Part shown: piece by piece, positions 59,388-64,000 of the stretch
How the letters are laid out: every line of letters starts with the position of its first letter
Numbering within the stretch: the stretch's first letter is position 1
DNA from: Tubulanus polymorphus
Taxonomy: Eukaryota; Animalia; Nemertea
Length of the DNA: 64,000 nucleotides
Direction of reading: 5' to 3'
NCBI RefSeq assembly: GCF_964204645.1
Contig: NC_134027.1
Coordinates: 15,098,485 to 15,162,484 of the forward strand
The notes under the pieces: generated by a model
Databases searched by the model: none
Told to the model about the DNA's origin: nothing
The model's input: the letters and a program-made list of their open reading frames with translations, nothing else
Translations under genes and position numbers: made by a program

Positions 59388-60537
59388 TAATTAGGGATTG
59401 TTTTTCGTTTTTGTTTACTCCCAAAAAGCTAGATAATTAGGGATTGTTTTCATTTTGTTTTGCAGAGGCGACCGCTGTTAATAGAATTTTAAAAGCTTGA
59501 GTAGTGCCACACATTTTTCCATGGAGACAGGTTTCTTCTTCTGCTGAGAAAAGAAAACAGCGATTTAAGAAAAGGTTGTTTATAGAGGACAGTTTGATTG
59601 TGCCTTTTGACATTGGAGCTGACATTGAAGTAATAAATGAAACACCAGAAACTGAAAAGATAAGTTCTGAGGGTAAGCACTACTAGATCTAAATGGCAAG
59701 CTTTTGACAAAATTTCTCTTAAAATCAAATGGCTCCCCTTTTCAGGTTTCTATAGATATTTTCAAAAAGCTGAAAGTTTTTCTTGTAATTATATTTCAGG
59801 AACTAAAAAAATTGGGAAAACATGCCTGCAAGATAGTTGGACACAGACATTATCAACTGGCGGAATGAGTGTGTTGAATTTCATGTATAAGCCTCAGCGG
59901 ATACAGTATTATACCGGGCTCGAATCCTACGAAACCTACCTGTTGGTATTTAATAGGCCTATCTTAGGAGATGCTGTTGATACACTTCAATACTACTATG
60001 GGGTCAAACCCAGGATGGCTCCCATCGATCAATTATTTCTGTAACTTGTTAAGCTGCGTTTAGCTCAAACTAATTACGAATTGTCGTGTTGTTTGAAATA
60101 AGCAAAATAGAGGTATCAAATATCTTCATTACGTGGATAAACTTTATGTATTGTCATTTTTGCGATATGGACTGGTGGCCTTCGCGTGATTTGGTGCGCT
60201 TTTTTCCACCTTCGGATTTTTAGACAAAATTTCCCTCTACACGTGTTATGATTGATGGAACAGAAATGCTGATAAAAAGCCCCATCAACCCCTCGCGCAA
60301 CAAGCCACATACTCAACCTGCAAAAATCGCAACACGGCTAAAGTTCTCGTTGGTGTTACACCAGGTGGCTGCGTGTCGTATGTGTCGAGTGCTCATGGTG
60401 GTGCTGTAAGTGACCGACAAATTTGTGAACGGGGACACATTTGTCAAATATGCGATGAAGGCGACTCTATGATGGCGGACAAAGGATTTTATGTACAGGA
60501 CTTCCTTACTTACAATGTTCAAATCAACATACCAGAA

Positions 60538-61806
60538 TTTTTAGCCCACTTGGGACTTAAGTCCCAGTGGGCTATTGCGTTCACTTTTTGTCCGTCGTTC
60601 GTCCGTCCGTCCGTCCCTAGACGGAATACAGTTATTTTGGGAAGTTTTGAAGATGCTTCAAGGTAATGTCTTGATATTTGGTTTATACATGTATTTACCC
60701 TAGACACATCTTCAGCCCAAAAACTGGCCCTGTTAGATTCAAGATGGCCGACTGACAGCCATTGTTGTTCGCCAAAATCAGCACTTTTTACACATTTTTG
60801 AAGTTTTCGAGGGAAATTTTGAAGACGCTTTTATCAATTACTTTGATCGTTTGTATATATTTGTATCCCCCAAGCACCCATCAGCATGAGAAAAATTGGA
60901 TCGATCGGACTCAAGATGGCTATCCTGTGACCTTTTTTGTGCCCAAAAATGTCAAATTTGGCCTGTATTCTGAGTCCTGTAGCTTCCTAATGGTTTGCCA
61001 TTTTTCATTGCAATTTGTGATGGGTATTCTTTGGAAAGGGATCTCTTTTACGGGAGACAGGTATATTTGATCAGGCAATTATCACGCAGTTGGCGGCCAT
61101 CTTGGTGTCATTAGTACTCATTCATAGGTGGAAAAAAGTTTTTCCTCATTATATTGATACTTAAAGCAATTTTTGTTACCACAATCAATTGGAAAGTTGT
61201 AGCTCATAACGTGTTGATTTTGGTGAGTTTCAAGGTCATTGGTTTTTGTGTATGGCCACCAAGGGGTGTTAAATAATACAATAACTCAGTATCTCCCTGT
61301 TATATTTGTATATATGCATTTTTGTTACCACAATCAATTGCAAAGTTGTAGCTCATTGTCTATGACTGTGGTGAGTTTTAAGGTCATATGTTATTCTATA
61401 TGGCCACCAGGGGGCGTTGAATGGTAGAATAACTTTTTGTAGTATTTCCTTATTAGATTGGTACGTAGGCATACTTTTTTTACCATGATCAATTGCAAAT
61501 TTGTAGTTCATGACATGTTCTATGATGGCGGTGAGTTTCAAGGTCATTGGCTTTTTCATATGGTCACCAGGGGGCGTTGAATAGTAGAATAACTTAGCAT
61601 TTCCATATTAAATTGGTAACGAGGCATATTTGGTATCACAATCAATTACAAAATGGTAGCTGCTGACATTTTTTATGATTGTGGCGAGTTTCAAGGTCAT
61701 TGGTATTTGTATATGATCACCAGGGGCGTTGAATATTGAAATTGTTAGTTTGTTGAGCGTTTGGAACCACTTCCCAAGCGGGCAAGGTGTCCCTGGACCC
61801 CTAGTT
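60538..61806 (+). mobile_element. HINE copy 4
   Basis: Same termini as copy 1; begins in a T-run of the Harbinger transposase frame. Confidence 0.85.
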
Positions 61807-62014
61807 ATATACAGGGATACTGGTGTCATCCAACCTCCATCAAATTGTGACAAGCTCCTGTGCTTGTGCCCACCCTATACCGGTTGTATAGTACTGGCAT
61901 TAGCCTTGTGGTGATGCCTTATCCCAGGCACTCACTGATGGGCTTGGGATTCATAGTATGTATGAATTGAAAATCGCCCACATGGAGAACTTTGGTTTCT
62001 GCGGCAATGTAACC

Positions 62015-62215
62015 TTCCTTGCATTTGATCATTCAGATCTGTTCTACCCATTATAGCATTTTACTGGACAATGGACAATTTACATCTACCCTCCTATGTT
62101 TCTCTAAATTGTATCGTGGGACTTACGTATTAGGCAAGCTGATTGATGTTGACGCGACAAAATGTATTGGTTTCTTATCATACCATGCAAGCGCAGCACA
62201 TTTGCCATTGTAAAG
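62015..62215 (-). pseudogene. piggyBac transposase fragment
   Basis: AALAWYDKKPIHFVAST ... VNCP ... MGRTDLNDQM resembles piggyBac WxDKKxVxxxST and MGGVDxxDQ motifs. Confidence 0.55.
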
Positions 62216-62249
62216 AATTTCAGAGGCCCCATGCTATGGCGTTTGTTAC

Positions 62250-62720
62250 TTTTTAGCCCACTCGAGACTTTTGTCCCAGCGGGCTATTGCAATCACTTCA
62301 TCAGTCCTTATACTGTCAGATTCAAGATGGCAGACTTGTAGCTATTTTTGTTCACTAAAATAACAGTTTATAATAGTTTAATAGTTATTATAGTTTCAAT
62401 TGAAAATCTGAAGACGCCTCAATCAATTATATTAATCTTTCACATATGTTTGTATCCCCCAATGGTGCATCAGCATGAGAAAAATCTGGTTGATCGGACA
62501 TAAGATGGCCGTCGTGTGACTTCGTTCGCGCCCAGAAAGTTCAGTTTTTCCTTGAATTATTAGACCTCGAGCATCCAAATGGTTTGCCATTTTCATTGAA
62601 ATTCGTGATGGGTATTCCACGGGATGGGATCTTGAACATATCAGATAGATCTTTCATCAGTCAACTGGACGCGATTGCAGCCATCTTAGTGTCATCAGTT
62701 CTCATTTGTAGATGGTTTTT
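62250..62720 (+). mobile_element. Diverged HINE 5' part; a matching 3' end GGACCCCTAGTT occurs at ~63986-63997
   Basis: TTTTTAGCCCACTCGAGACTT, GTCAGATTCAAGATGGC and other blocks shared with copies 1, 3 and 4. Confidence 0.6.
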
Positions 62721-64000
62721 TGAGGAATATATTGACAGGTTTTAACTTGATAGTGATGGTATTTTTCTACGGGGACTGCAAGCAATCATAAAACCCTAAA
62801 CTTACCTCCAGCTACCTGCATAACGTACATCTCATGTAAGTTTCATGTAAATCTGTCAAGCGATGTTTGTATACTAGCAGTCTGTCTGTTATATAGTATG
62901 CACGCTCACATTCGCACGTGCGCACGTGCACGCTCACACACACACACACCATGCTGTGGGAGTAAGACACGTAATACAGATACTCTTTGAATGTCCCTCT
63001 AATTTTGATGTTTAAGGGCCTGTAGTGGGGGTCTGATCAATATTATGCGCTGTATTTGTCAATGCAACAAAGTACTTTTAATAGTGTTCCTACTGAGGCA
63101 TTTTAGCTCGGCGGCCCGCCATGTTACGGCACTTTACCACCACTTAAATAGAAGATAGGCATATGCCATGTTACAAAAAAATGATTGGGAGTTTATTTAC
63201 CTATCTGGCTTTCTAAGACTGTCAGGTCCACATGCTCAATTTTATAACTGGCACATCAAAACACTGACTTCATAGCTACATGTCACTTAGTCAAGATTCT
63301 GTACATCAATAATTGTATAGTTTTGGGCAAGCGCATGTTGAACTACTGGTGGTATTAATATCCAGGGATTTCCCTGTGTGTTAGAAAAATTAATTCCAAC
63401 ACAAAAGGTCACACTGCTACGCTCAGCGCACACTGAACAGACTAACCAGCGGCCTCAAACTTTTCTAGTCTCTTATCGATATGAAAAACTTAATCATCGT
63501 AACTTATCAACGTCACCAAAATATTTTGCAAATCGAAATTAATAAATACTAAGTTTTAATGATAAAATTAGATTATATTAATAGATATGAGAACATGGAC
63601 CTATTTGATGCGCGTAAGCCTACCAATATACAGCAGAGGAGTGCCTCAAGCAAACTGCTGATGATCGCTGCTACATAAGAATCTGAACTAGTTGATTATG
63701 GCCCCCAAATGCTTGGAAACTCATCTGAGAATCTAGATATATAAAATTTGTCTGGGGGGATGCCTGGTTGGGCTTGCGCTTTCGGCGCTCTTTTTCTGAG
63801 CACCGCCATGCTTTAATTTTGACCCAGCGAGGATGTTGCACTTGGAAAAGTGCACAGAAGCGTACCAAGCACTAAATCACAATAGGTTTTCGAAAGCAGA
63901 GGAGACCCTGATAAAATATGTATGTGTAATAGAGAACAAGATTTAAGAATGTCGTCCTTGATAGTACGGATAAAAAATGCACTGTGGACCCCTAGTTAAT

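Larger units (their letters stand above)
57109..60537 (+). mobile_element. THAP-domain PIF/Harbinger (ISL2EU-like) transposon relic with introns and nested elements
   Basis: THAP exon from 57242 (CCVPTC...HRFPKD...RWIQAVKR...CKSHF) ending at GTAAG; transposase 59880-60537 (YYTGL, VSNIFITWINF, VMIDGTE, KVLVGVTPGG, GGAVSDRQI, MMADKGF). Confidence 0.8.

Overview
Eukaryotic, repeat-saturated DNA, probably from a marine invertebrate (host inferred only from the repeat families). No host gene is recognisable. The centrepiece is a structurally complete but mutated 16.3-kb Polinton/Maverick (adintovirus-like) element at 4101-20445, with 93-bp TIRs and a 6-bp TSD (TACCGA). It encodes a protein-primed PolB, a chromodomain-bearing integrase, a packaging ATPase, major and minor capsid proteins, a block of membrane proteins and a zinc-finger/VLTF3-like protein. 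Its PolB catalytic motif (YFD|TDS) is split by a ~355-aa intein with a LAGLIDADG homing endonuclease that resembles giant-virus PolB inteins, and 14 of its 15 genes start at a poxvirus-late-promoter-like TAAATG. The Polinton lies in the gag gene of a BEL/Pao retrotransposon, which itself lies in a Gypsy element. Three more Polinton ends or fragments are present (1255-2082, 29762-33555, 38640-~41500); the last two end in ~150-bp fold-back hairpins. The rest holds a second Gypsy, a CR1-group LINE, a 3.6-kb foldback element, several MITEs, Helentron-type HINEs with arrays of CTCF-like motifs, a THAP-Harbinger/ISL2EU relic and a piggyBac fragment. All protein calls come from motif recognition by eye; no database search was run.
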